Source: Candidatus Binatia bacterium (GTDB lineage: Bacteria > Desulfobacterota > Binatia > UTPRO1). From it: DNA of 64,000 nucleotides. The stretch is from positions 37,125 through 101,124 of the forward strand of contig DASXLI010000024.1 in assembly GCA_036496285.1 (NCBI GenBank). The letters are read 5' to 3'. How positions within the stretch are numbered: the first letter of the stretch is position 1; the number at the start of each line of letters is the position of its first letter. Of the stretch, positions 8,348 to 17,633 are shown in pieces. A model generated the notes under the pieces. That model was not told the origin of the DNA. It saw only the letters and a program-made list of their open reading frames with translations, and ran no database searches. The position numbers were made by a program, and so were the translations under genes.

Positions 8348-10332
8348 GCGAACGCGCGTCCCTCGACGGCGAGCGCCGCGGCGAGCGCGCGCTGCTCCGC
8401 GGCGGTCGGCATCATGACGATCATCGTGCCGAGCACCATCGTGATGCCGCCGAGCCACAGCCAGACGACCAGCGGGTTGATGAACACCTGCAGCGTCATG
8501 AGCCCGGACTGGTCGTCGTAGCTGCCGAGCACGAGATAGAGGTCCTCCCACAGCGTCGTGCGCAGCGCGATCTCCGTCGTCGGCTGCTGCTGGCGCTTGT
8601 AGAAGCGCTTCTCCGGATACATCGTCGTGAGGACCTTGCCGCCGCGCGCGACCGTGATCTCTGCCAGCATCGACGCCGTATGCGGCGTGTCCTCGTTGCG
8701 GATGCCCTGGTACGTGAGGGTGTAGCCGCCGACCTCGACGGAATCGCCGGGGTGCATCGAGTGCTGCTCCTCGATGCGGAACGCCGCCGACGCCGCGATG
8801 CCGACGAACGCCATCACCACCCCGATGTGGACAATGTAGCCGCCGTACCGCCTGCGGTTCTTGTTGACGAGGTGCGCGAGCGCGGTGACGGGCGGCTCGC
8901 CCATCAGCGCCTGGCGCGCCCGGGTGCCGCGGTAGAACTCGAGCACGATCGTCGTGAGCACGAAGCCGGCGAGCGAGAAGCAGACGAGCGCGTAGTAGTG
9001 GCGCACGCCGGCGGCGAAGAGGCCGAGGCCTGCAGCGAAGCCGATCGCGAGCGGCATGATGAACGCGCGGCGCAGGTTGCGGGCGCTGGCGCGCCGCCAG
9101 GCGATCACCGGCCCGACCCCGGTCATGAAGAGCAGCGCAAGGCCGAGCGGGGCGTTCACCTTGTTGAAGAACGGCGGCCCGACCGTGATCTTGATGCCAC
9201 GCACCGCCTCCGAGATGACCGGGAAGATGGTGCCCCAGAAGGTGGCGAACGCGATGCCCACCAGCAGCAGGTTGTTGAAGAGGAACGCCGCCTCGCGCGA
9301 CAGGAACGAGTCGATCTCGTTGGCGCTGCGCAGGAGCGGCCGGCGGATGACCACGAGGGTGAGCGAGACTGCGATCACCGTGGTGAGGAAGCCGATGAAG
9401 TACGGCCCGAGCCCGGACTGCGTGAACGAGTGCACCGAGGAGACGACGCCGCTCCGGGTGAGGAAGGTGCCGAAGATGGTCAAGGTGAAGGTGAGCAGCA
9501 CCAGCACCATGTTCCACATCTTCAGCATGTTGCGTTTCTCCTGGATCATCACCGAGTGGAGGAACGCGGTGCACGCGAGCCACGGCATGAACGCAGCGTT
9601 CTCGACCGGATCCCACGCCCAGTAGCCGCCCCAGCCCAGCACCTCGTAGGCCCAGCGGCCGCCGAGCATGTTGCCGACGGAGAGGAAGAACCAGGCGAAG
9701 AGCGTCCAGCGCCGGGTCGTCCGGATCCACACGTCGCCGAGGCGGCCACTCGCGAGCGCGGCGATCGCGAACGCGAACGGCACCGAGCAGCCGACGTACC
9801 CGAGGTAGAGCGACGGCGGGTGGATCATCATCCAGTAGTTCTGCAGGAGCGGGTTGAGATCGGCCCCTTCGCGCGCCGGCACCGGCAGCCGCTGGAACGG
9901 GTCGGTGATGAAGACGAGGAGCCCGAGGAAGAACACCGCCGTCGTCATCATCGTGGCGGTGACGTACGGCATGAGCGCCTCGTTGCGGTCGCGGTTCTGC
10001 AGGTGCACCAGCGACGACATGCTGGTGAGGATCAGCGTCCAGAACAGCAGTGAGCCCTGCTGTCCGCCCCAGAGCGCCGCGACGGTGTAGTAGGTCGGCA
10101 GCGTCGACGACGAGTACGCGGCGACGTACTCGAGCGAGAAATCGTGCTGCAGGAGCGCGCGCAGCAGCACCGCGGCGGCGAGCACGACGAGGCCGTGCAC
10201 GATGTACGCCGCGGCACGCCCCGAGGCGACCAGGTCGGCACGCCGGCGGCGCGCGCCGAACACGGAGACCACCGTCGCATACACCGCAGCGAAGAGGGCC
10301 AGCCGCAGCCCGAGAACGCCGAGCTCGATCAT
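8344..10332 (-). CDS. ccmF: Cytochrome c-type biogenesis heme lyase CcmF
   Basis: A 662-aa polytopic protein with the WWD motif (WGGYWAWDPVEN) and the conserved His residues of the CcmF/NrfE family. Confidence 0.9.
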   Translation of the reverse strand: MIELGVLGLRLALFAAVYATVVSVFGARRRRADLVASGRAAAYIVHGLVVLAAAVLLRALLQHDFSLEYVAAYSSSTLPTYYTVAALWGGQQGSLLFWTLILTSMSSLVHLQNRDRNEALMPYVTATMMTTAVFFLGLLVFITDPFQRLPVPAREGADLNPLLQNYWMMIHPPSLYLGYVGCSVPFAFAIAALASGRLGDVWIRTTRRWTLFAWFFLSVGNMLGGRWAYEVLGWGGYWAWDPVENAAFMPWLACTAFLHSVMIQEKRNMLKMWNMVLVLLTFTLTIFGTFLTRSGVVSSVHSFTQSGLGPYFIGFLTTVIAVSLTLVVIRRPLLRSANEIDSFLSREAAFLFNNLLLVGIAFATFWGTIFPVISEAVRGIKITVGPPFFNKVNAPLGLALLFMTGVGPVIAWRRASARNLRRAFIMPLAIGFAAGLGLFAAGVRHYYALVCFSLAGFVLTTIVLEFYRGTRARQALMGEPPVTALAHLVNKNRRRYGGYIVHIGVVMAFVGIAASAAFRIEEQHSMHPGDSVEVGGYTLTYQGIRNEDTPHTASMLAEITVARGGKVLTTMYPEKRFYKRQQQPTTEIALRTTLWEDLYLVLGSYDDQSGLMTLQVFINPLVVWLWLGGITMVLGTMIVMMPTAAEQRALAAALAVEGRAFA

Positions 10333-10360
10333 CCGCGTGCGCCCGCGGTGCGGAGCGCCG

Positions 10361-10801
10361 TCACGACTTCGGTGCCTCGGCTGGACGCGGGGCCTCCGCC
10401 TCGTGCGGCACCTCGGCCTCGTACTTCGACGGGCAGCTGGTCATGAGGGTCTTCGCGTGGAACACGCCCTCGCGGGCGTATGTGCCCTCGACGATGACGT
10501 CGCGGCCCTCGGCGAACATGTCGGGCAGGACGCCGTTGTACTGCACGTCGACACCGTCGGTGTTGTCGAAGTTGGCGAGACGAAAGCCGAGATCGAGCGT
10601 GCCGGCATTCCACCGCATGCTGTCGGCGGCGACGCGTCCCGCGACCCGCACGCCCTCGCCGGCGACGGCCGAGCGCTTCGACAGGAACTCGTCGATCGTG
10701 AGGTAGTAGACCGACGTCTCGCGGATGCCGGTGTAGACGAGGTAGGAGACGGCCGCCACGATGATGGCGGCGCCAATGATGAAGCGGCGGTTCTTGCGCA
10801 T
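10361..10801 (-). CDS. ccmE: Heme chaperone CcmE, variant with a CxxxY heme-binding motif
   Basis: It has an N-terminal TM anchor and an OB-fold body. Its C-terminal ...FHAKTLMTSCPSKYEAEV aligns with E. coli ...LAKHDENYTPPEV, with Cys replacing the heme-binding His. Confidence 0.85.
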   Translation of the reverse strand: MRKNRRFIIGAAIIVAAVSYLVYTGIRETSVYYLTIDEFLSKRSAVAGEGVRVAGRVAADSMRWNAGTLDLGFRLANFDNTDGVDVQYNGVLPDMFAEGRDVIVEGTYAREGVFHAKTLMTSCPSKYEAEVPHEAEAPRPAEAPKS

Positions 10802-10821
10802 AGGGGGCTCGGGGCCGGGCT

Positions 10822-11652
10822 TCAGGACTCGTCCGGGGACCCGTCCCCACTAGTACTCGCGCCCGGACGGCCTTTCAACTCGCCGCGCGGCGCGACGCAC
10901 ACTCCGCGGGTGGAGGCGCGGACGAACGCCACGAGATGACGCACATCGTCGGTCAGGGGCGCGCTCTCGAGCTGGTCGAGCGCCCGACCGAGATGCACCG
11001 GGCGGCCGAAGAGGGCCGCCACGGCCCGGCGGACATGGGTGATGCGCTCGGAGCTGAATCCGGCGCGCCGCAGCCCGACGACGTTCACCCCGCGCACCGT
11101 ATGCGTCCCGTCGATCACGCAGAACGGCGGGATGTCGCGGCTCGTGCGCGAAAGCCCACGCATGAGCGCAAGCGTGCCGATGCGCACATGCTGATGCACG
11201 ACGCAGTTGCCCGAGACGAACGCACGGTCGGCGAGCTCCACGTGCCCCGCGAGGAGCGCCCCGCCTGCGACGATGGCCTGATTGCCGATGTGGCAGTTGT
11301 GGGCGACGTGCGCGTTCTGCATGAAATAGTTGCCGTTCCCGATGATCGTGGTGCTGCCGGGCAGCGTGCCGCGATGCACCTGCGCGTGCTCGCGGAAGAC
11401 GTTGTCGTCGCCGATCGTGAGGAACGTCTCGCCGCCGCGGAACGCGAGGTCCTGCGGCTCGCCGCCGAGCACGACGCCGGGATGGACGACGTTGCCCGCA
11501 CCCAGGACGGTCGCGCCGCGGATCACGGCGTGCGTCATGAGTCGGGTGCCCGGGCCGATCCGCGCCGGCCCCTCGATCACGACGTAGGGGCCGATCTCCG
11601 CGGTCGGATCGACGACCGCGTCGGGGGCGACGATCGCGGTCGGATGGATCAT
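10822..11652 (-). CDS. lpxA: UDP-N-acetylglucosamine O-acyltransferase LpxA (left-handed beta-helix)
   Basis: It begins [38 protein letters not shown] and carries hexapeptide repeats. It is about 276 aa. The upstream part of the track ORF is junk. Confidence 0.85.
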   Translation of the reverse strand: MIHPTAIVAPDAVVDPTAEIGPYVVIEGPARIGPGTRLMTHAVIRGATVLGAGNVVHPGVVLGGEPQDLAFRGGETFLTIGDDNVFREHAQVHRGTLPGSTTIIGNGNYFMQNAHVAHNCHIGNQAIVAGGALLAGHVELADRAFVSGNCVVHQHVRIGTLALMRGLSRTSRDIPPFCVIDGTHTVRGVNVVGLRRAGFSSERITHVRRAVAALFGRPVHLGRALDQLESAPLTDDVRHLVAFVRASTRGVCVAPRGELKGRPGASTSGDGSPDES

Positions 11653-11855
11653 TTCTCGCCGCTCTCGTCCGGGCCCGACTCGTCGTCGCTGTCGCCGAGC
11701 TCGTCCCCCGCGACCCGGTAGCGCTCGGTGGCCCAGGCGCCCAGGTCGATCAGCCGGCAGCGCTCGCCGCAGAAGGGCCGGGAGGGGTTGTCCGCCCAGG
11801 CGACGGGCTGGTGGCAGGTCGGACAGCGCGGCGCGAACGTCACTACGCCGAGCAT
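11649..11855 (-). CDS. yacG: DNA gyrase inhibitor YacG (zinc ribbon)
   Basis: It reads [44 protein letters not shown] with an acidic tail. Its stop overlaps the lpxA start (ATGA). Confidence 0.75.
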   Translation of the reverse strand: MLGVVTFAPRCPTCHQPVAWADNPSRPFCGERCRLIDLGAWATERYRVAGDELGDSDDESGPDESGEK

Positions 11856-11940
11856 AGGACAGGCCCGTCCGGGGTCGCAACGGCCGGCGCGCCGCACGCC
11901 GCGATCACGCGAGCGCGTCGGCCTGGCCGGCAGCCGTGGC

Positions 11941-12378
11941 TCAGTAGCCGAGGCTGCGCTTGCGGGCGCGCAGGTTGCGGCGGCTGCCTTTGTTGCGCGC
12001 CGGACGTGCGCTGGCGCCGAACGAGTCACCCCCGAACGGGTCGCCGGCACCGAACATGTCGCGCGGCGCGGAGAAGATCTGCGGCCCGGGCGCGGGACGG
12101 GGAGCGCCTCCCCCTCCGCTGCGCGCGGGGGGGCGATCGTCGGCGTCGTTCACACGCAGGCGGCGGCCACCGAGATCGTAGCCGTCGTAGCGGCGGATCG
12201 CGTCGGCGGCTTCCGCGTCGGTGCCGTACTCGACGAAGGCGAAGCCGCGTGACCGACCTGTCTCACGGTCGGTGCCGATGTGGACGCGAACGACGCGTCC
12301 TGCTTCCGAGAGAACCTGCGAGAGCTCCTGTTCAGTGGTGGTGAAGCTCAGATTGCCGACGAAAATCTTGTTCGAAAT
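11941..12378 (-). CDS. RRM-domain RNA-binding protein with a Gly/Arg-rich tail; the start codon is non-canonical or uncertain
   Basis: It has RNP-2 (IFVGNL) and RNP-1 (RGFAFVEY). The reading frame opens ...AAGGAG CGCGTC ATT TCG AAC AAG ATT TTC GTC GGC AAT CTG, giving [12 protein letters not shown]..., with no ATG, GTG or TTG upstream. The track shows only the C-terminal 70 aa. Confidence 0.6.
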   Translation of the reverse strand: MSNKIFVGNLSFTTTEQELSQVLSEAGRVVRVHIGTDRETGRSRGFAFVEYGTDAEAADAIRRYDGYDLGGRRLRVNDADDRPPARSGGGGAPRPAPGPQIFSAPRDMFGAGDPFGGDSFGASARPARNKGSRRNLRARKRSLGY

Positions 12379-12518
12379 GACGCGCTCCTTTGTGTGATGG
12401 GTTTGTGAATCCCGGGGCTACTCTGCCTCTGCAGCGTGCCCCGTATACCGGATGGCCGTTTCGTATGCCAATACGCGTTCGGCGGAGGGAAAACCGCGGG
12501 CGGCGTCCGGAAGGGCCC

Positions 12519-14873
12519 TCAGCGGTCGGTCGGGGGATCAACCGGTGCGCCGCTCGGGGCCTCCGAGGAGTGCTCGGACCCTGCCGGGGCCTCGGCGGCG
12601 TCGAGCCGGGTCTCGCTGCGGCCATAGTCGGCCCCAGGGGGCCCGGCCTCGCCGGTGGCGTGGCCGTTGTCTCCGGCCGCGGCTTCCGCCCGACGACCAC
12701 CGCGACGGCCGCGACCGCCGCGCTTCCCGCCACGACGGCGGCGCCGGCGTGCCGGCACGGCTGCCTCGCCGAGCGGGCTCTCAGCGGGGGTGCCCTCGGA
12801 ATCCTCTTCCTGCGACTCGGCCTCGAGGGTCTCGGCGTGGCCTGCCTCGTCCTCGTAGGGCACGCCATTCCCCGGGGACACCACCGCGGTCTCCGCCCGG
12901 GGAACCGGTGCGGGGAGCGCCGCCGACCAGGGATCGTCGTCGACGACAGCGGCAGCGGCCGGCTGCCAGGGTGACGGCGCCTCGGTGGCGATCTCGTGGG
13001 CTGCCTCGGGCGGCTCGGCGACAGGCTCGGACAGCCGGTCCGGCCGGCCCAGCTCGTCGGTCACGTCCACCGGCGGGCCGCCTTCGGCCATCATGTCGGC
13101 CGCGGCCGACTGCTCCTGCACCGCTTGCTCCTCGCCGGCGCGACGGCCGCGCCCGCCCCTGCGGCGGCGGCGACGCCCGCGCTCGCCCTCGGCGCGCTCC
13201 TCACCCGCCGCGCGTGTCGACGGCGAGCGGCGTGACGGCGCCTCCGCGACCGGCGCCGCTGCCGCGGCGCGCATGGCGGCCGAGCGCGCGGCGCCGGCGG
13301 CGCTCCGCGACGTGCCGTTGGCCGGCAGGCCTTCCTCGGATGCCGCCACCTCGCCCGGACGGACGACCGGCGTGGGCCGCTCGCTCGCGTCGCGCGTGCG
13401 GGTCTCGATCTCGGACTGGTGCGACATCAGCTTGTCGCTCAGCACGATCGTGATCGTGGCGGCGTAGCGGCGCTCGAGCAGCGCCAGATCCTCGCGCTTC
13501 TGGTTGAGGAGATAGATCGCGACCTCGCGCGGCAGGCTGACGCGCATCTGCGCGACGTCGCCCTCGGCGATGCGGTTGTGAATCTTGCGCAACGCGACCA
13601 GCGCCGCCGACTCCGGCGTTCGGATCGCGCCGTGGCCTTCGCACATCGGGCACGCGGTGTACGAGCTCGCCGTCGCCGCCGGCCGCAGGCGCTGGCGCGA
13701 CACCTCGAGCAATCCGAGCCGTGAGATGCGGCCGATGTCGTGGCGCGCCTTGTCGGGCTTCATCGCCTCGCGCAGCGCGCGCTCGACGTCGTTGATGTGG
13801 CTCTGCTGGCGCATGTCGATGAAGTCGATGACGACGATGCCGCCGAGGTCGCGCAGGCGCAGCTGGCGGCCGATCTCCGCCGCCGCCTCGAGATTCGTCT
13901 TGTGTGCCGTATCCTCCTGGTTGCCGCCGCGCATGGAGCCGCCCGAGTTGACGTCGATCGCGGTGAGCGCCTCGGTGCCGTCGATCACGATCGAGCCGCC
14001 CGAGCGGAGCTGGACGCGCCGCTTGTAGATCGACTCGATCTGGGCCTCGAGCCCGAAGCGCGAGAAGATCGGCTGATCGCCCTGATAGAGGTGGAGGAGC
14101 CGCTCCTTCCCCGGCATGACGTTCAGCAGGAAGTCCTTGGCGCGCTCGTAGACCTCCTCGTTGTCGATGAAGATCTCGCTGATGTCGGGCGTGAAGTAGT
14201 CGCGGATGTTGCGCAGCACGAGGTCGTGCTCGCGATAGATCAGTGCAGGGGCGCGCTTGGTCTCGGCGTGCTTGCGGATGTTCTCCCAGAGACGCTGCAG
14301 GTAGTGCAGGTCGCGCTCGAGCTCGCCGGACTCCTCGTCGAATCCGGCCGCGGTGCGCACGATGATGCCGCAGCCCGCCGGCGGCTGGAGACGCTCGATC
14401 ATCTCGCGGACGCGCGCACGCTCCTCGCCTTCGATCTTGCGCGAGATACCCGCGTCCTCGGAGCCCGGCAGCAGCACGAGGTAGCGGCCGGGCAGCGAGT
14501 AGAACGTCGAGAGCGTCGGCGGCTTGTTGGTGAACTGCTCCTTGATGATCTGGACCAGGACCTCGTCGCCGGACTTCAGGACCTCCTTGATGCGCCGGCG
14601 ACCCTTCTCGGCGGACGCGCCGTTGCGGCCCGACGGCAGGTTGCGGAAGCAAATCTCGTCCAGGGGCAGGAATGCGTCGCGCTCGGCGCCGATATCCACG
14701 AACGCGGCCTCGATGGCCGGGTGGATGCGCCGAACTGTACCCTTGTAGATGTTGCCCTTCAGGTGTTCGCGGCTGAAGGACTCGATCTCGAACGACTCGA
14801 GCTGGCCGTTCTCAACGATCCCGACGCGGCTTTCCTCCGCGTGGGTGACGTTGATCAGCATTACCTTCGACAT
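12519..14873 (-). CDS. rne: Ribonuclease E (S1 and catalytic domain plus an Arg-rich scaffold C-terminus)
   Basis: It starts MSKVMLINVTHAEESRVGIVENG with an S1 domain. It has a DNase I-like region and a Zn-link (CPMCEGHG). The C-terminal half is low-complexity and Arg/Glu-rich. Confidence 0.9.
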   Translation of the reverse strand: MSKVMLINVTHAEESRVGIVENGQLESFEIESFSREHLKGNIYKGTVRRIHPAIEAAFVDIGAERDAFLPLDEICFRNLPSGRNGASAEKGRRRIKEVLKSGDEVLVQIIKEQFTNKPPTLSTFYSLPGRYLVLLPGSEDAGISRKIEGEERARVREMIERLQPPAGCGIIVRTAAGFDEESGELERDLHYLQRLWENIRKHAETKRAPALIYREHDLVLRNIRDYFTPDISEIFIDNEEVYERAKDFLLNVMPGKERLLHLYQGDQPIFSRFGLEAQIESIYKRRVQLRSGGSIVIDGTEALTAIDVNSGGSMRGGNQEDTAHKTNLEAAAEIGRQLRLRDLGGIVVIDFIDMRQQSHINDVERALREAMKPDKARHDIGRISRLGLLEVSRQRLRPAATASSYTACPMCEGHGAIRTPESAALVALRKIHNRIAEGDVAQMRVSLPREVAIYLLNQKREDLALLERRYAATITIVLSDKLMSHQSEIETRTRDASERPTPVVRPGEVAASEEGLPANGTSRSAAGAARSAAMRAAAAAPVAEAPSRRSPSTRAAGEERAEGERGRRRRRRGGRGRRAGEEQAVQEQSAAADMMAEGGPPVDVTDELGRPDRLSEPVAEPPEAAHEIATEAPSPWQPAAAAVVDDDPWSAALPAPVPRAETAVVSPGNGVPYEDEAGHAETLEAESQEEDSEGTPAESPLGEAAVPARRRRRRGGKRGGRGRRGGRRAEAAAGDNGHATGEAGPPGADYGRSETRLDAAEAPAGSEHSSEAPSGAPVDPPTDR

Positions 14874-15047
14874 GTGGGCTCCGCCCCTCCCCGCCTCGCG
14901 TCGCTGACATTCCTATCATGCCGTGCCCTTAGGGGGCCAGGAGCGGCCGCGACAAGAATTTCGGGGCGCAGCCGCCTGCGCGGACGCTCGGTTTGGCCGG
15001 GTCGGCCATAGGCCGGCGAGCGGGACCGTCGCCGTCGGCATCGTCCG

Positions 15048-15761
15048 TCAGCTGCCGCGCGCGGCGCCCCACAGGAGGACGTGCAGACGGGTGCCGAGGC
15101 GGAAGCCCAGCGCCTGGCAGCGCTCCGCCAACCAGCGAGAGCGGGCCGCGAGCGTCGCGGCGTCGGTTCCCTCGGGCATCAGCGTCACCCGCTCGGCCGG
15201 AATGCGATAGGATACGGTGAGCGCCGCTACCTCGTCGACGTCCGCAGGCTCGACGACGACGAACTTGAAATGGGCGTCGGGCCAGGCGGCGAACCAGGCC
15301 AGCGCCTCGGGTTGCTGACGCGCCTCCGGCGCGTTGCCCGACGTGGCGAGCTTCGGCGAGACGTTCCACTGATCGACGCTCCCGGCGAGCGCGTCGGCCG
15401 GGACGATTGTCGCGTTCGTCTCGACCTCGATGCGCAGGCCCGCGCCGCGCAGGCGCCCCGCCAGATCGGCGAGCTCGCGCTGCTGCAGGAGCGGCTCGCC
15501 CCCGGTGAGGACGACGTTCCGCGGGCCGCCCGCGGCGAGCGCCAGCACCCGGCGCGCGACGTCGTCGGTCGGCAGGCTGATCGTCTCCGCGGCGCGGTCG
15601 AAGTGCGCCCAGTCCCACGTGTACTTGGTGTCGCAGAAGCCACACGAAAGATTGCACAGCGAGAGGCGCACGAAGACGCTGGGAAGCCCGCACGTGATCC
15701 CCTCGCCCTGAACGGACGCGAACAGCTCGGGCTCACCGCTGGCAAGACGGCTCAACAGCAC
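15048..15761 (-). CDS. queE: 7-carboxy-7-deazaguanine synthase QueE (radical SAM)
   Basis: It has the CNLSCGFCDT radical-SAM cluster motif and QueE-like length and sequence. It begins with GTG at 15761, or with TTG 6 nt downstream. Confidence 0.85.
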   Translation of the reverse strand: MLLSRLASGEPELFASVQGEGITCGLPSVFVRLSLCNLSCGFCDTKYTWDWAHFDRAAETISLPTDDVARRVLALAAGGPRNVVLTGGEPLLQQRELADLAGRLRGAGLRIEVETNATIVPADALAGSVDQWNVSPKLATSGNAPEARQQPEALAWFAAWPDAHFKFVVVEPADVDEVAALTVSYRIPAERVTLMPEGTDAATLAARSRWLAERCQALGFRLGTRLHVLLWGAARGS

Positions 15762-15848
15762 CTCCTCGCTCTACGGCGACGACGGCCGCCCCGCAAACCA
15801 CGAATCCGTCTTGACGTTGATAGGTTGGTCTGCTAACCAATTTACTCG

Positions 15849-16538
15849 ATGGGACGACCGAGTCTCGCCGAGCCGCGCCGCCGGCAGATCGTCGACGGCC
15901 TGCGCACCGCGATCGTGAAGCACGGCCTCGCCGACGCCTCGGTGCAGCGCATCGCCGGCTACGCCGGCCTGCCCGCCGGCCTGGTCCATCACTACTTCGA
16001 CTCGAAGGAAGATCTACTGATCGCCACGGTCGATCAGGTCGTCGAGGACGCGCGCGAGCCCATCAAGGCCGAGCTCGACGTCCTCGATCCCGAGCGCGCC
16101 CTCGAGCGCGCGCTCGACTTCCTCTTCCTCGAGGTGCCAGCCGACCGCGACCGCAGCATCCTCTTCGAGGAGATCGCCGTCGCCGCGCTCCGGCGCCCGC
16201 AGCTGCGCCGGCGCCTGGCGGATCTGTCCGCCTACATGACGAACGAGGTCACGGCGCTGCTCGATCGCCTGCCCGATCGCGCGCGCCAACACGACGCCAA
16301 CATCGATCTCGCCACCATGGTGCTGTGCCTGCTCTACGGAGCCGACGCGCAGCTCCTTTCCGATCCCCACGCCATCCACCCGCGACGTCTCCGCCGGTTC
16401 GCCGGCGAGCTGGTCGCTCGTTTTCGAGGAGTGTCCAATGGAAAGGCTGATGCCCGGGCAACGCCGCATGATCGAGAAGTTCGAAGTGATCGAGCACGTC
16501 GACGAGGGACAAATCGCCGCGCTACGCGAGCGCACTAA
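15849..16538 (+). CDS. TetR family transcriptional regulator
   Basis: It has an N-terminal HTH (QIVDGLRTAIVKHGLADASVQRIAGYAGLPAGLVHHYFDSKEDLL). Its odd C-terminal 35 aa overlap the next gene. Confidence 0.75.
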   Translation: MGRPSLAEPRRRQIVDGLRTAIVKHGLADASVQRIAGYAGLPAGLVHHYFDSKEDLLIATVDQVVEDAREPIKAELDVLDPERALERALDFLFLEVPADRDRSILFEEIAVAALRRPQLRRRLADLSAYMTNEVTALLDRLPDRARQHDANIDLATMVLCLLYGADAQLLSDPHAIHPRRLRRFAGELVARFRGVSNGKADARATPHDREVRSDRARRRGTNRRATRAH

Positions 16539-17511
16539 CGTCGCGGTCCCGCTGGCGCTGCAGTGGACCTGGGAGTACGGCTCCGAGGTCGAGGAGCTGC
16601 GGCAGCTCTACGAGCGCGGCAAGCGCTCGCAGTGGGACGCCGAGACCGATCTCGACTGGTCGATCCCGTTTCCGCGCGAGGAGTGGTTCCTGCCGAAGGA
16701 GGGCTCGTCGCTGCTCGCGGGCGTGCTCGCCACCATCGGCGCCGACGACGCCACCTGCCGCGAGGCCGCGTGGGACGAGTTCGCGCATACGATGTCGCAG
16801 CTCCTGCACGGCGAGCAGGCGGCGCTCCAGCTCTGCGGGCAGCTCACCAACGCCTGCCCGACCATGGACCAGAAGTGGTACGCCGGCTCGCAGGTGATCG
16901 ACGAGGTCCGTCACGTCGAGGTGATCTCGAAGTTCCTGGCGCGCAAGATGGGCACGCTCTACCCGGTGAGCCCGACCATCAAGTTCCTGCTCGACAAGCT
17001 CCTCGAGGCGCCCACCTGGAAGCTCAAGACGCTCGGCATGCAGTGCCTGTTCGAGGGCGTCGCGGTCGGCATCTTCGACATCATCAAGACGATGACGACC
17101 AACCCGCTGCTGAAGGAGATGCTGCGCAAGGTCGAGCTCGACGAGTCGCGCCACGCGGCCTTCGGCATCCTCACCATGCGCCGCCTGGTCGAGGACGCGA
17201 CCCCCGAGGAGATGATCCAGTTCGAGGACTTCGCGTTCGAGGTGCTCGAGGCGCTGAACGCCAACCAGCAGCTCGACATGCTGCACGACCTCGCGCCCAA
17301 GTACGGCGTCGACCCCGAGGCCTGCGTGCGCGTCATGCACAGCCTGCCGAACTGGCACGACCTGAACGCCGAGGTCTACATGCACACGGTGATGCCGAAC
17401 CTCTGCCGGCTCGGCCTCGTCACCGAGCGCACCGAGGAGAAGTACCGCAAGCTCGGCATCCTCTCCGACACGCGCACCGCGCCCCGGAGCGAGCTGCCGC
17501 TGTCTGCCTGA
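16438..17511 (+). CDS. Ferritin-like diiron-carboxylate protein (putative oxygenase or desaturase-like)
   Basis: Repeated E...ExxH motifs are present (HGEQAALQL, DEVRHVEV, ELDESRHAAFG). A strong RBS (GAGGAG) lies 6 nt before the ATG at 16438. Confidence 0.6.
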   Translation: MERLMPGQRRMIEKFEVIEHVDEGQIAALRERTNVAVPLALQWTWEYGSEVEELRQLYERGKRSQWDAETDLDWSIPFPREEWFLPKEGSSLLAGVLATIGADDATCREAAWDEFAHTMSQLLHGEQAALQLCGQLTNACPTMDQKWYAGSQVIDEVRHVEVISKFLARKMGTLYPVSPTIKFLLDKLLEAPTWKLKTLGMQCLFEGVAVGIFDIIKTMTTNPLLKEMLRKVELDESRHAAFGILTMRRLVEDATPEEMIQFEDFAFEVLEALNANQQLDMLHDLAPKYGVDPEACVRVMHSLPNWHDLNAEVYMHTVMPNLCRLGLVTERTEEKYRKLGILSDTRTAPRSELPLSA

Positions 17512-17633
17512 GGCGTTTCCTCAATCCCTGAACGCGAGATCACGCGCGCAGCCGGTAACGGAAGAAGTGCGCGTGGATCTCGCGTCGGGAGAGCTTCCGC
17601 TCCCGCGCGATCCTCCGGCGGCCCGTCACCTGC

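Noticed and set aside
8680-10053. A 457-aa plus-strand ORF antisense to ccmF, and the 7949..9730 minus-strand ORF overlapping ccmF
   Set aside because: ccmF is unambiguous (WWD motif, 662 aa). The minus ORF 7949..9730 is only real for its last ~130 codons (ccmH, GTG start at 8347). The remainder is out-of-frame over ccmF.
12452-14652. Long Arg/Pro-rich ORFs (12452..13453 plus strand, 13201..14652 minus strand) within the rne region
   Set aside because: They are alternative frames of RNase E. The rne frame has S1, catalytic and Zn-link motifs, while these have none.
17537-17582. An imperfect inverted repeat (GAGATCACGCGCGC ... GCGCGTGGATCTC) between convergent genes, as a possible terminator
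   Set aside because: The stem has a mismatch or bulge and no flanking U-tract. It is too weak to call.
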